Shown here one piece after another: positions 37,808 through 48,198 of a stretch of 64,000 nucleotides of DNA. The notes below the pieces were generated by a model, which did not search any database, had not been told where the DNA came from, and saw only the letters and a program-made list of their open reading frames with translations. Numbering within the stretch: position 1 is the first letter of the stretch; each line of letters begins with the position of its first letter. The translations under genes and the position numbers were made by a program. Source of the stretch: a virus; the IMG/VR virus record IMGVR_UViG_3300028549_001461, positions 97,222 through 161,221 of that record; one strand, given 5' to 3'.

Positions 37808-38683
37808 ATGGAACAGAATGTTATTGATAAATTGTACGAGAACTTAGAAGTAGCTTTAAAACCAGGTCAAGGTTTCAAGTATGTGAAAACTAGATATGTT
37901 TTAGATAGATTAAATAAAGCATTTCAAAACAACTGGGGCTCCATAGTTAAGGAGCACAAAATTATTGATGACGAGGTTTTAGTATTAGTCTCTTTATTTG
38001 TTTACGACAATAACGGGAATATCTTAGCTACCCAAGATGGTTTTGGTTCAGCTAAGAAATTTAAAAATGTAGATTTAGGAAATCTTTACAAGTCAGCTAC
38101 GTCGAGGGCTATAAAGAGTGCTGCAAGAAATTGGGGTGTTGGTTTATTTTTAGAAGAAGAGGATAATGCCGACACTGGTATTAGTGAGTCGTACTCGTCA
38201 AACAATACTTTAAGTGTACCCTCAAGCTTGCCAATATCTTCTATGCCTTCTGTACCTTCTATGCCAAGTACAGGTACACCTAACTTTACGAGTACACCGA
38301 GTACTGGGTTACCAAATCATACAAGTATGCCCAGCACAACCGCTACAGTAACCACGGGTGTACCTGATAGTAAACCAAAGATGCCGAAGAATACTACGCC
38401 ATCTAAGGTTTCAGAAGTAGTAGAAAAACCAAAAGGTTTCCCAAGTGTTTCTACTGTTTTAGGTACACCACCTATGATGCCTACTAAAGGGTCAGGTGAA
38501 GGTAATTTGTTAACAATGGTACAAAAAGTAGCTATAACTTCCAGACTGTCCTCTAAGAATTTACAGTTCGAAGATGTAGCAAAAGAATTTTATGCAGCAA
38601 GGGACTCTGAAGCACCTGAATCATTAGAAGGTATGCTTTATTCCGATGCCCTTGATATGGTAACTTTTTTAAGCTCTAAATAA
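37808..38683 (+). CDS. Rad52/Sak-like single-strand annealing protein with Pro/Ser/Thr linker
   Basis: YV...VLDRLNKAF..NW, GFG, YKSATSRAIKSAARNWGVGLFL; TTGCAT-N17-TATAAT at 37745-37773. Confidence 0.8.
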   Translation: MEQNVIDKLYENLEVALKPGQGFKYVKTRYVLDRLNKAFQNNWGSIVKEHKIIDDEVLVLVSLFVYDNNGNILATQDGFGSAKKFKNVDLGNLYKSATSRAIKSAARNWGVGLFLEEEDNADTGISESYSSNNTLSVPSSLPISSMPSVPSMPSTGTPNFTSTPSTGLPNHTSMPSTTATVTTGVPDSKPKMPKNTTPSKVSEVVEKPKGFPSVSTVLGTPPMMPTKGSGEGNLLTMVQKVAITSRLSSKNLQFEDVAKEFYAARDSEAPESLEGMLYSDALDMVTFLSSK

Positions 38684-38693
38684 GCGAGGTTTT

Positions 38694-40670
38694 ATGACTA
38701 ACCAAATAAATTATGAAGTTCATGAAGTATATTGTGATTTACTTGACAGTACTGTTTTAGTTCTTGAAATACCAGAAGAAGAGACAGAAGATAAATTAGT
38801 CTACTTCGCTAAAGATGAAGGGTTAATTTCTAAAATTCTTTTTGAAGATTTTATGCTTGCTACTTATATAGCTAACATAAATCAAGTTTTACATAAATTT
38901 AGCGATGGCTCATTATCAGCAGACTTTGATTTTTTAAAGCTCCGCACACAACTGATTGAATACATTCTTGATAAGAATCCTTGTTTAAATTTTGATGGTT
39001 TAGTTATAAATAGAAACAATGTTTTGAAAATAAAAAAATTCCATGACGATTTAAAAGACGTAATACCTATTGCCGATAATCCACTCTGGTTGTATGACCC
39101 TAATACTAATGCTTTGCCTGATATAGAAGACAACGCCAATATTATAGAGGGATTTGTTGACCAATATGGTAATCCAATTATTGAGTCTCCAAAGGACACC
39201 AGCGATGGTGTCCTTGGCGTCGTTGAGACAAAAGATAAGTGGTGGAAACTTATAGGAAGATATGTATCTATTAAAATCTTTAAGGAAGCTGATTTAGCTA
39301 CTATACTAAAAGGTAGATTTTTTCATAGTAGTGTAAGTTTCAATACTTTTGTTGTAACTTTGTGTATAGAGGATTTTGAGGCTCTTTTTCAATTGTTAGA
39401 GAATATGGGGGTACCAGCCAGGGTTTCCCCACCCTTACTTATGAAGGAGCTTTATAACTTATGCCAATCTTGTAATCCATTCCTTACTTACGAAAATGCA
39501 CAAGAATTAGTAAGTAAAGATAAAAAAGAAGCTGGATGTTCTGATTGTACTAGTGATAAAAAAAGTGGATCTGTGGGGACAACTACTATGGGGCAGTTCG
39601 CTAATAAGGCTGATAAAAAGAAAAAAGTTTTCGCAGATGTGCCGGAAGAAGATTTGATTAATCTAAATACCAATATGAAGGTTTCACTGATTGGTCAAGA
39701 CAAAGTAGTTGATAGTATAACTGAGGCAATTCAGAGAGCTAGTGTGGGTTTGAAAGACCCAGTTAGACCTATAGGTTCTTTCCTATTTGCCGGTTCGACT
39801 GGGTGTGGTAAATCCCTTACTGGAAAAATTTTAGCTGATGAACTTGTGAAGGATAGAGATAATCTGATTACTATAGATTGCTCAGAGTACTCTGCAGATC
39901 ATGAGTACTCAAAACTTATAGGTAGTCCTAATGGCTATCAAGGTTATGAGAATGGTGGTTTGTTAACTAATGCTATTATAGAGAACCCTTTTAGTGTTGT
40001 TGTTTTCGATGAGATTGAAAAAGCCTCAAGTAAGATCTACCAATTACTTCTTCAAGTTTTGGATGAAGGAAGATTGACAGACAACAAGGGTACTAAGGTA
40101 TCTTTTAAAGATACAGTTATTATCATGACATCTAATTTAGGTGTTGAAAATGTTGCTAATATTAGTAAGACTATTGGCTTTGGTGATGTAGCTTTGGTGA
40201 CTGAAGGTAAAAAAGAAAAAGCTATAGAAAAAGCTTTAAAACAAAAATTTAAACCAGAATTTTTGAATAGGTTGGACGAAATAATTTATTTCAATGACTT
40301 AACAAAAGAAGATTATTTAAGAATTATTGATATAGAACTTTTCAAACTTAATACAAATCTACAAAGCAACAAAACTAAATACAAAGATATGGAAATAATT
40401 TTTGATGCTAAAGTTTGTCAGTTCATATACGAGAAAGGTATCACAAAAGAATACGGTGCACGACCTTTGAAGAGAGCTATTGAAAGATATATTTCTACAC
40501 CATTGGCTTTAAAACTTCTTAAGGGTGTTACTGACTATTCTACTATAGTAAATGTTAGCACCAGTAAAGGAGAAATTGTTTTTAAGTTTTCAAAAAAACC
40601 AAGTAAATCTCCTAAGTTTTTAAGTAAACAGGAGCAAAATTCTAATATAGTTGAGACAACAAATGTATAA
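38694..40670 (+). CDS. ClpA/ClpB-like AAA+ ATPase (second ATPase module only, novel N-terminus)
   Basis: IGQD, RPIGSFLFAGSTGCGKS, IDCSEY, FDEIEKA, DEGRLTD, PEFLNRLD, YGARPLKR. Confidence 0.88.
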   Translation: MTNQINYEVHEVYCDLLDSTVLVLEIPEEETEDKLVYFAKDEGLISKILFEDFMLATYIANINQVLHKFSDGSLSADFDFLKLRTQLIEYILDKNPCLNFDGLVINRNNVLKIKKFHDDLKDVIPIADNPLWLYDPNTNALPDIEDNANIIEGFVDQYGNPIIESPKDTSDGVLGVVETKDKWWKLIGRYVSIKIFKEADLATILKGRFFHSSVSFNTFVVTLCIEDFEALFQLLENMGVPARVSPPLLMKELYNLCQSCNPFLTYENAQELVSKDKKEAGCSDCTSDKKSGSVGTTTMGQFANKADKKKKVFADVPEEDLINLNTNMKVSLIGQDKVVDSITEAIQRASVGLKDPVRPIGSFLFAGSTGCGKSLTGKILADELVKDRDNLITIDCSEYSADHEYSKLIGSPNGYQGYENGGLLTNAIIENPFSVVVFDEIEKASSKIYQLLLQVLDEGRLTDNKGTKVSFKDTVIIMTSNLGVENVANISKTIGFGDVALVTEGKKEKAIEKALKQKFKPEFLNRLDEIIYFNDLTKEDYLRIIDIELFKLNTNLQSNKTKYKDMEIIFDAKVCQFIYEKGITKEYGARPLKRAIERYISTPLALKLLKGVTDYSTIVNVSTSKGEIVFKFSKKPSKSPKFLSKQEQNSNIVETTNV

Positions 40671-41205
40671 TTTAGCTGAATTACAAATAGAAGTTGATGT
40701 TATGTTAAATGCGTTTATGTTACAGTTTAAAAGATTACCTATAGGTAATAATCTACCTGATGCTTTTGTTACAATTGAGCTTGGTGTAGTTATTGTAGCT
40801 ATAAATCCGCTTGATTATACTTATGTACTTCAAAAATTATATGAGAAATACAATGGATACAGATACATTATACTAACATGTGATGACGACTTAAACATAA
40901 AAAAAGACGAAATCACATGGGAGTTAATGCGTAGCGGATATTTAAGATATATTCGCTATAAGTACCAAAGGCAATTCAGTAATCTTATACAACAGGGTTT
41001 CGGGAGAAGGATAATAGCAGAACGATTAAGAATATGGGGAGAAGATCAGAAATATAAATTCCTTATAGAGGAAAATAAAAAGTGCTTAAATGTATCGGAA
41101 CCTTATATTTTAACTCAAGACCCTTCTTTTTTTGATTTCATGCCTGAAGACCCTAAATTAAATTTTAAAGGAGGTATTCCATGTACAGTGCAAATGGTAG
41201 ATTGA
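40651..41205 (+). CDS. Hypothetical protein
   Basis: ORF track; likely start 40663. Confidence 0.6.
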   Translation: MRQQMYNLAELQIEVDVMLNAFMLQFKRLPIGNNLPDAFVTIELGVVIVAINPLDYTYVLQKLYEKYNGYRYIILTCDDDLNIKKDEITWELMRSGYLRYIRYKYQRQFSNLIQQGFGRRIIAERLRIWGEDQKYKFLIEENKKCLNVSEPYILTQDPSFFDFMPEDPKLNFKGGIPCTVQMVD

Positions 41206-41357
41206 AAACAAATAAAGAAGTAGCCAAAGAAAAACAAAATATTTCAATAATGATATGTAACAAATGTGGTGCAAAAGAACTAAGACAGAAGGTATTTGGT
41301 GAAGTAACTAGATGTGCCACTTGTGGTTCTGAAGATGTAGAATTTACAATGGAGTAA
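41181..41357 (+). CDS. Zinc-ribbon protein, 58 aa, not in ORF track
   Basis: AAGGAGG RBS; CNKC...CATC. Confidence 0.6.
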   Translation: MYSANGRLKTNKEVAKEKQNISIMICNKCGAKELRQKVFGEVTRCATCGSEDVEFTME

Positions 41358-41429
41358 CGGCTGAATTACTGCACTGCGCTATTTGTAGAATCTACTTTAT
41401 TGGGTGTTATTCCTACTAAGGGAAAAAAT

Positions 41430-41648
41430 ATGATAATAAGGGTTGAAATCGAAGTGCCGGATGGCGACTTTTGCCAGGGATGCAATAGATCAATTGAGTG
41501 GGAACCATGCACCTTAGGCTGCTCTTTGTTTTGGAAGTGTGTTCACGCATCACAAAAACTACCTGAGTGCAAAGCTGCCGAGGTAAGAGAGGCGAGAACG
41601 CACTCTTGTGATATACCAGGATGCTTGTCTTGCGGCAATCCAGAATAA
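41430..41648 (+). CDS. Cys-rich hypothetical protein, GC-richer than surroundings
   Basis: MIIRVEIEVPDGDFCQGC...; AAGGGA RBS. Confidence 0.5.
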   Translation: MIIRVEIEVPDGDFCQGCNRSIEWEPCTLGCSLFWKCVHASQKLPECKAAEVREARTHSCDIPGCLSCGNPE

Positions 41649-41746
41649 CGTGCGCCGGGCCGCAAGAGTTCAAAATAAATAACTCAGCCTTCCAGGTGTT
41701 GACTGTAGTTGATTGTTATAAAAATTTAATTTAAAAAAGAGTTATC

Positions 41747-42301
41747 ATGAATAAAAATATAATAGCAATTAGTGGTACCCAAGGTACAGGTAAAAGTTAT
41801 CTTGCTTACAGGTTATGTACTTATTTACGTAAACTTGGAAATAATGTAATTGTTTTTGACGAGCTTGCTCGTGAATGTCCCTTTCCTATAAATAAAGAAG
41901 CTGATGATGTTACACAAATATGGTTGGCTACCACACAAGTAGCCAGGGAGCTAGAGAAAATTGATAAATACGACTATATTGTTGTAGACAGAAGTGTCTT
42001 GGATTCTTTTGCGTATGGTTTATATCTCGCTTCCAGCCATAATGATGTTATATTTAGCTACCTAAAAGAATATCTTGTGAGACACATAAAAAAATATTAT
42101 CTCAGGCTATACCTTTTAGATCCAATTGCGTTTAATTTTAATATAGAAGACGGTGTTAGAGACACTGACCCAGTTTTCAGGATAGCTGTGCATAACATAC
42201 TTGTTGACCTATATACAGCATCTAATATAGATTTTAAAATAATTTTAGATGAATTTGAAGTTTTTTCTGATATAACTAGTACGGATTTATTTAAAAAATA
42301 A
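41747..42301 (+). CDS. P-loop nucleotide kinase-like ATPase
   Basis: GTQGTGKS, ELARECP, VDRSVLD, DGVR. Confidence 0.75.
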   Translation: MNKNIIAISGTQGTGKSYLAYRLCTYLRKLGNNVIVFDELARECPFPINKEADDVTQIWLATTQVARELEKIDKYDYIVVDRSVLDSFAYGLYLASSHNDVIFSYLKEYLVRHIKKYYLRLYLLDPIAFNFNIEDGVRDTDPVFRIAVHNILVDLYTASNIDFKIILDEFEVFSDITSTDLFKK

Positions 42302-42331
42302 CTTTTGTCTTCGTAGTAGTCTGTTTTACTA

Positions 42332-42396
42332 TTGACTTACAACTAAATATATAGTATACTAAGGGTATCAAAGTAGATTTCTACTGAAGATACCCT
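42332..42396 (+). promoter_or_regulatory. Sigma70-like promoter followed by leader hairpin
   Basis: TTGACT-N17-TATACT then AGGGTATC..AGTAGA/TCTACT..GATACCCT. Confidence 0.5.
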
Positions 42397-42423
42397 AATC
42401 AATTTTAAATAGGTGAAAAGAAG

Positions 42424-43125
42424 ATGGATACAAAAGAGTTTTTACTACATAATAATCACATTATAGAAAGATTTAAAGATATAGCTCCTGGTACTTATAG
42501 ACATTGTTGCAATGTAGCACAATTATGTGAGCCAGTTGCAAAAGAGTTAGCTATAAACAGTGATACTTTAATTCTAGCAGCTACCCTTCACGATATAGGT
42601 AAATGCACCTGCCCTATAAACTTTATAGAAAATCAAGTTGATGATAATAATCCACATGATAAATTAGATCCAGCTATATCCTTTCAGTTACTCTCAAGAC
42701 ATTTATCAGATAGTGTATTAAAACTAATTCAAATGAACGCGCCAATTGAAGTCATACGTATTGTTAGTGAGCATCATGGAAATACCCTTATTAAGTCTAT
42801 ATTTACAAAAGCCAAAGAAGTTTACAAAGGTAATGCTGTAGAAGAACACTATAAATATAAATCAGCAAAACCATCAAGTGTAGAGTCTTGTGTATTAATG
42901 TGTTGTGATGTCGTTGAAAGTGCTTGTAGGGCATTATCAAACGCTGGTAAATTGAAAGACTACAAAAGTACTGTAGAAAAACTAATGCTTGTTATGAGCG
43001 AAGAAGAACAGATAGATATACTTTCTTTAGGACAACTTAGAACTATAAAAAAAGTTCTTTCAGCCGAGATAGGAGCAATTTATCACAAAAGAGTTGACTA
43101 CGAAGAAGTAAGTATAGAGAAATAA
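42424..43125 (+). CDS. Stand-alone PgpH-type HD phosphodiesterase domain
   Basis: APGTYRH, HDIGK, FIENQ, NPHDKL, EHHG, KP.S.E, DVVESACR. Confidence 0.8.
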   Translation: MDTKEFLLHNNHIIERFKDIAPGTYRHCCNVAQLCEPVAKELAINSDTLILAATLHDIGKCTCPINFIENQVDDNNPHDKLDPAISFQLLSRHLSDSVLKLIQMNAPIEVIRIVSEHHGNTLIKSIFTKAKEVYKGNAVEEHYKYKSAKPSSVESCVLMCCDVVESACRALSNAGKLKDYKSTVEKLMLVMSEEEQIDILSLGQLRTIKKVLSAEIGAIYHKRVDYEEVSIEK

Positions 43126-43145
43126 AGAAGTTATAGGAGAGTATT

Positions 43146-43646
43146 ATGAGTATTATAGCTGTAAAAATAAACAAAGATACTATAGATATAGCTTCAGATA
43201 GTATTATGGTTATAAATGATTTTGCACAAAATAGAAGTACAAATAAATATACAAAACTTATAGAAACAAATAATTTAATAATAGGATCTGCAGGAACTGC
43301 TCAAGAAAGCAGTCTATTATGGGTTTTTTGCAATACGCATAAACCGGAGCAAGCTACAGAATCCTCTTTAATATCTTTTTTTGCTGAATTTTCTGATTGG
43401 AAAAATAATAAAACTGGAAGTTCCGCTTTAGAAAATGAATATATAATTATAGTAGACAAAAAAGTTTTTTCTGTTTATAATTTTTTTGTAGAAGAAATTT
43501 TTAATTATACTGCCATTGGTGCAGGTATGTATTTTGCTTTGGCAGTATTACACTTGGGACACACTGTACAGAAAGCGGTTGAAACTGCTTGTGAACTATC
43601 CTTGTATTGTGAACCCCCTATTAAAGCAATAACTATTAACAAGTAA
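43146..43646 (+). CDS. Ntn-hydrolase (HslV/proteasome-beta-like) peptidase
   Basis: N-terminal Ser after Met, IASDS, GSAG, AIGAG, AVETA. Confidence 0.7.
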   Translation: MSIIAVKINKDTIDIASDSIMVINDFAQNRSTNKYTKLIETNNLIIGSAGTAQESSLLWVFCNTHKPEQATESSLISFFAEFSDWKNNKTGSSALENEYIIIVDKKVFSVYNFFVEEIFNYTAIGAGMYFALAVLHLGHTVQKAVETACELSLYCEPPIKAITINK

Positions 43647-43658
43647 AGGAGAATTAAA

Positions 43659-44243
43659 ATGAAAAAAAATAAAACATTTATTGCTATGGTTGTGGATAAA
43701 AGTGGCTCTATGAGCGAGATTAAACAGGGGGCTATTGACGGCTTTAATAATTTTATTAGCGCACAAAAAAAAGTCAAAGGCAAGGCATTAGCTACGGTTT
43801 GTTTGTTTGACACTACCTATGAATTCGTAGAAGATAATGTAGATCTCAATGATGTTCGATTGCTGACTAACTTTAATTACAGACCTAATGGTGGTACTGC
43901 TTTAAACGATACTTTAGGTACTGTTATAAGTAAAGTAGGTCAACAAATAGTATCTATGCCTTCTAAAGATAGACCTTCAAAAGTAATTGTGTGTGTAGTA
44001 ACAGACGGAGAAGAAAACGCATCTAAAGAGTTCACATCAGAGCAGATTAAATCTCTAATAGAATATCGCAAAGAGCATTTTGGATGGGAGTTTGTATTTG
44101 TTGGAGCAAACCAAGATGTAGTAAAAACTGCTAAAGTTTATTCTTTTAATCCTGAAGCTACTTTTTCTTTTAACGCTACTACAGTTGGTGTTTCAGAAGG
44201 TTACGATAGACTATCTTGCTATGTAACTACTTCTAGGAGTTAA
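43659..44243 (+). CDS. von Willebrand factor A domain protein
   Basis: DKSGSM MIDAS, GGTALND, TDGEENAS, FVGAN. Confidence 0.88.
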   Translation: MKKNKTFIAMVVDKSGSMSEIKQGAIDGFNNFISAQKKVKGKALATVCLFDTTYEFVEDNVDLNDVRLLTNFNYRPNGGTALNDTLGTVISKVGQQIVSMPSKDRPSKVIVCVVTDGEENASKEFTSEQIKSLIEYRKEHFGWEFVFVGANQDVVKTAKVYSFNPEATFSFNATTVGVSEGYDRLSCYVTTSRS

Positions 44244-44250
44244 GTACATT

Positions 44251-44811
44251 ATGACAGAATTTATCAGTATTATACTAGGTTTTGTGCTTTTTGGTTTTTT
44301 ATATGTTGGTTTATATATTTATTTTTCAAGACAACAAGAAAGGGCAATCCTACAAAAAGTTGAAGCTGCTTGTGCTGAAAAAGAAAATAGTGTTATTGAA
44401 CTTTCAGAAATAATTGAAATACAAAAAAATGTTATATTAGATCAAAAGGCAGAAATAAATTCTCAGAACATAGGTATTAACCGTCTAAAAGAAACATCTT
44501 TAAAAGTAGAATCACAAAAAAAGTCTAGTGAAGTTCGTCTTGGTTTAATGGCTGAAAATTTTATGCCTTTTATTAGAGACTACCCATATGACCACAAGCA
44601 GTTTAGATTTTTAGCTAATCCTGTAGACGGTATACAAGTTAATCCAGATTCAATAGTTTTCGTAGAGTTTAAAACAGGTGGTGCTAAACTTAGCTGTAGT
44701 CAAAAACACATAAAGAAATTGGTGGCAGAGGGCAAGGTACGTTTTGAGACTTTTAGAGTGGATGAAGATGGTACACATTTGAAACTTGAAAGTAATATGG
44801 CAGACGCATAA
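44251..44811 (+). CDS. Membrane-anchored endonuclease related to archaeal Holliday junction resolvase
   Basis: N-terminal TM, G.MAENFMPF, FLANPVDG, VFVEFKTG. Confidence 0.75.
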   Translation: MTEFISIILGFVLFGFLYVGLYIYFSRQQERAILQKVEAACAEKENSVIELSEIIEIQKNVILDQKAEINSQNIGINRLKETSLKVESQKKSSEVRLGLMAENFMPFIRDYPYDHKQFRFLANPVDGIQVNPDSIVFVEFKTGGAKLSCSQKHIKKLVAEGKVRFETFRVDEDGTHLKLESNMADA

Positions 44812-45081
44812 AAATAAGAGGGGCTTAATTATGGATTTAGAAAATTATACCAACATGGTTGATTACTATAGATTACAAAGTGATTTTTTAGAACTGCAAA
44901 AATATGTTGACAAACTTGAAGAAATGTTGTTTACTTTAGGAGCTATGACAATTACACCTTGTTTTAGATGTGGTTATAATGGCCCTGATTATTATCAACC
45001 TGAAACCCATTCGTGCGCTTCTAAACACCACGAGTTTTATTCGGATAATCAAAGTACATATGATACAAAACTTTAAAAGTA

Positions 45082-46035
45082 GTGAGGAGCTCTATGAAAG
45101 ACCTAGCAATAATTTCGGGAAGTTCTAATATACCTTTAGCTACAAAAATTAGTAACATTTTGGGAATCCCACTTACTAAAGTAGTTACTACTACTTTCGG
45201 TAATGGTGAATGTAGAGTAGAAATCAGTGAGAATGTTCGCAATAAAGACGTATTTGTTATACAAAGTGCAAGCAATTCAACGAATGACCATTTAGTAGAG
45301 TTGCTTCTTATATTGGACGCTCTTAGAAGGTCAAGCTGCTACAGAGTAACCACAGTTCTACCTTGCTTTCCTTATAGTAGACAAGATAGAAAAGTTATGT
45401 CGAGGGTGCCAATATCTGCAAAGCTTGTAGCTAACCTAATAGCTACTGCTGGTACAGACAGGGTGCTTACCAGTGAATTACACAGTCCTCAAATATCTGG
45501 TTTCTTTGATATTCCTGTAGATAACCTACATATGTTTAATATATTTGTACCACACATTAGAGATAAACATCCAAACAATAACATTTGTGTAGTTGCCCCG
45601 GATGCTGGTTCTATTAAAGTTGCCAAAAGTTACGCTGGTAAACTTGGGTGTGGTGTTGCTATGATATACAAGCAGCGCACAGGCCCATCAGAAATAGGTG
45701 AGATGTTTTTAATTGGTGAAGTGAGAGGAAAACATTGCATTATAGCGGATGATATGGTAGACTCTGGAGGTACGCTTGTAAAAGCTGCTAATTTACTTGT
45801 AGCTAATGAAGCGGCATCTGTAGAGTGTTACTGCGCCCATCCTGTACTAAGTGGTAAAGCTTTTGATACTTTAGAAAGATCTTATATTGAGAAATTGTAT
45901 GTTTCCGATACAATTAATAATACACGTATAAAAACTTCAACTAAAATAGAGATACTTTCTGCTGCACCTTTATTCGCTGAAGCTATAGATGGCATCTATA
46001 ATGAACAAAGTTTAAGCTACTTATTTGATAATTAA
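45082..46035 (+). CDS. prs: Ribose-phosphate pyrophosphokinase
   Basis: FGNGE, PYSRQDRK, ELHSPQISGFF, VAPDAG, DDMVDSGGT; likely start 45094. Confidence 0.95.
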   Translation: MRSSMKDLAIISGSSNIPLATKISNILGIPLTKVVTTTFGNGECRVEISENVRNKDVFVIQSASNSTNDHLVELLLILDALRRSSCYRVTTVLPCFPYSRQDRKVMSRVPISAKLVANLIATAGTDRVLTSELHSPQISGFFDIPVDNLHMFNIFVPHIRDKHPNNNICVVAPDAGSIKVAKSYAGKLGCGVAMIYKQRTGPSEIGEMFLIGEVRGKHCIIADDMVDSGGTLVKAANLLVANEAASVECYCAHPVLSGKAFDTLERSYIEKLYVSDTINNTRIKTSTKIEILSAAPLFAEAIDGIYNEQSLSYLFDN

Positions 46036-46130
46036 ATAGCTGTTGAGTGCAAAATTATCCCGGATATGAAAATATATTCGGGTCAAAGGTTCTACTGGCT
46101 TCGCCAAATTTTTTGAATTAGGGAGTTACT

Positions 46131-46967
46131 ATGGAAATAATAGACGTTCGCATCTTCAATCCTGATAAGTCGTTGTTTAAAAGTCAGCTAAAGCCAGCTG
46201 AATGTATTATTTATAAATGTAAAAATAAAGAACATTGTGAACTTTTCAAAAATTCAAAATGTATATTAAAAAAGATTTTTTCTGGTAATTGTCCTTATGG
46301 TACTATTGAAACTATAAAAGGTCCTACAAAAAAATCAAAAAAATTTTATACATGGTTAAAAGAACATACAGAACTTTATAAGGATTATTTAAATTTATTA
46401 AGTGGGCCAGAAAAAATTGTTTGTAAAGTAGGAGACTATTACTATTTGCCTTACGCACATATTTCCTTTGATTCCTCCTTACCTTTTTTAGCCAAAAGTA
46501 CAATTATGTCTTCTGGTATGCCTTTTATACATGAAAATGATTTTACTGTTCAAACGATACTACGAGCAATAAATCATAGGCCTCATGCTATGCTGGGAGG
46601 TGAAATTACAGATTACCAAAAAAAAGAACTACCTATATTTTTAAAACACTTGTCGGAAAAATATCATGATCTTTTTTCGGAGTTAATTAAACATGTTGAT
46701 ATAACAATATATTTAAAAACATTTAGTAATATAGGGAGAAAAGTTTTACTTAGTTCTTTAAAATCAGGCACAGTTATTAAACCTAGTAAAAGCAGTAATG
46801 AAACTTGGCGCTGGAATGGTGAATACTTGATTTCTACTAATGCACATTTATCTTTTACACCAGTTAAATTTTCTGAGCATTACATAAAAATAAAACCAAA
46901 TCCAGATGAAACTATTTGTATTGATAATGAAGATCAGGTAACTACTAGTACAATTTTTATATCTTGA
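46131..46967 (+). CDS. Hypothetical phage protein
   Basis: 278-aa ORF, GGGAG RBS. Confidence 0.65.
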   Translation: MEIIDVRIFNPDKSLFKSQLKPAECIIYKCKNKEHCELFKNSKCILKKIFSGNCPYGTIETIKGPTKKSKKFYTWLKEHTELYKDYLNLLSGPEKIVCKVGDYYYLPYAHISFDSSLPFLAKSTIMSSGMPFIHENDFTVQTILRAINHRPHAMLGGEITDYQKKELPIFLKHLSEKYHDLFSELIKHVDITIYLKTFSNIGRKVLLSSLKSGTVIKPSKSSNETWRWNGEYLISTNAHLSFTPVKFSEHYIKIKPNPDETICIDNEDQVTTSTIFIS

Positions 46968-47436
46968 GGAAATATATTATGGCAAAAGATTATTTAGGAC
47001 GTGAATTATTTGTCGGAGATGAAGTTGTATTTATGCAAATTCGTTATAGGGGGCTTATGAAAGGTGTAATAAAATCTCTATCAAAACTTAAAGCTACTAT
47101 AACTCATGAAAGAACTAATGTTGGCTCTGTAGAAAGTATACAATTCCAGGATCAAATCATAAAGATTACTGCCCCGTAAATTTTTGGGGATATGAATAGA
47201 GGGCTGGTCAAGAGAGTTCCCGCTTCGCAGTATTTTAAAAAATTTATAACATAGAAACCAAGCATTTAAAAGCAGTAAAGAAACAAACAAAGAAACTAAC
47301 AACAGTATCAATGTCAGTAATCACTAAGTTAACAGTAGTACTTACGCCGCCAAAAGCCTGTAGCACAGTAGTGGTACTAAGTTGTTTTTGAGAATGAGTA
47401 GTACGTTTGTAAAATTTAAAGAGAGAATCTACTAAT

Positions 47437-48183
47437 ATGATCATTATAAACACCACAAATGAACAAACTAAATTAAGAGAAAATGGTAGGATAGTGGGGG
47501 TAGTGCATAAAGAACTAAAAAAATTAATACGTCCTGGTATAACTACTTTATTTTTGGATAAGATTGCTGAAGAAATAATTCGTAGTGAAGGGGCTACCCC
47601 AGTATTTAAAGGATACAAAGGATATGATTTTAGTACTTGTATTTCTGTTAACGAAGAAGTTGTACATGGTAGACCTAATGCACAAAGAGTATTACAAGAT
47701 GGAGACATAGTATCAGTAGATGTAGGTACAAATAAATTAGGCTACTGTGGAGACGCTTGTTTTACCATTGGAGTTGGTGTAATAAGTCGAAAAGCGGAGG
47801 GTTTACTAAAAGCTACCAAAGGAGCTTTAAATGCCGCTATAAGCGTAGTTAAAGAAGGTGTGACTACTGGTATGGTTGGTAGCATTATCGAAGCGTATGC
47901 GGCAAATAAAGGCTTTTCTGTTATAAAAGAATATGGAGGACATTCAATAGGTAGAGAGTTACACATGGATCCGTTTGTGCCTAATTATGGTAGACCTATA
48001 GAAGGGCAAAAACTTAAAGCAGGATGTTGTGTTTGCATAGAGCCTATACTTTGCTTAGGTAGTCCTGTTAATCATAGATTAAAAGATGGCTGGACAGTTG
48101 TTACAGATGATAAATCATTAAGCGCTCATGAAGAACACCAAATAATAGTACATAAAGACTACGCAGAAATTATAACTAGCTAA
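47437..48183 (+). CDS. map: Type I methionine aminopeptidase
   Basis: CISVNEEVVHGRP, GDIVSVD, GHSIG, IEP, SAHEEH. Confidence 0.95.
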   Translation: MIIINTTNEQTKLRENGRIVGVVHKELKKLIRPGITTLFLDKIAEEIIRSEGATPVFKGYKGYDFSTCISVNEEVVHGRPNAQRVLQDGDIVSVDVGTNKLGYCGDACFTIGVGVISRKAEGLLKATKGALNAAISVVKEGVTTGMVGSIIEAYAANKGFSVIKEYGGHSIGRELHMDPFVPNYGRPIEGQKLKAGCCVCIEPILCLGSPVNHRLKDGWTVVTDDKSLSAHEEHQIIVHKDYAEIITS

Positions 48184-48198
48184 TAGCAGGAGTACACT

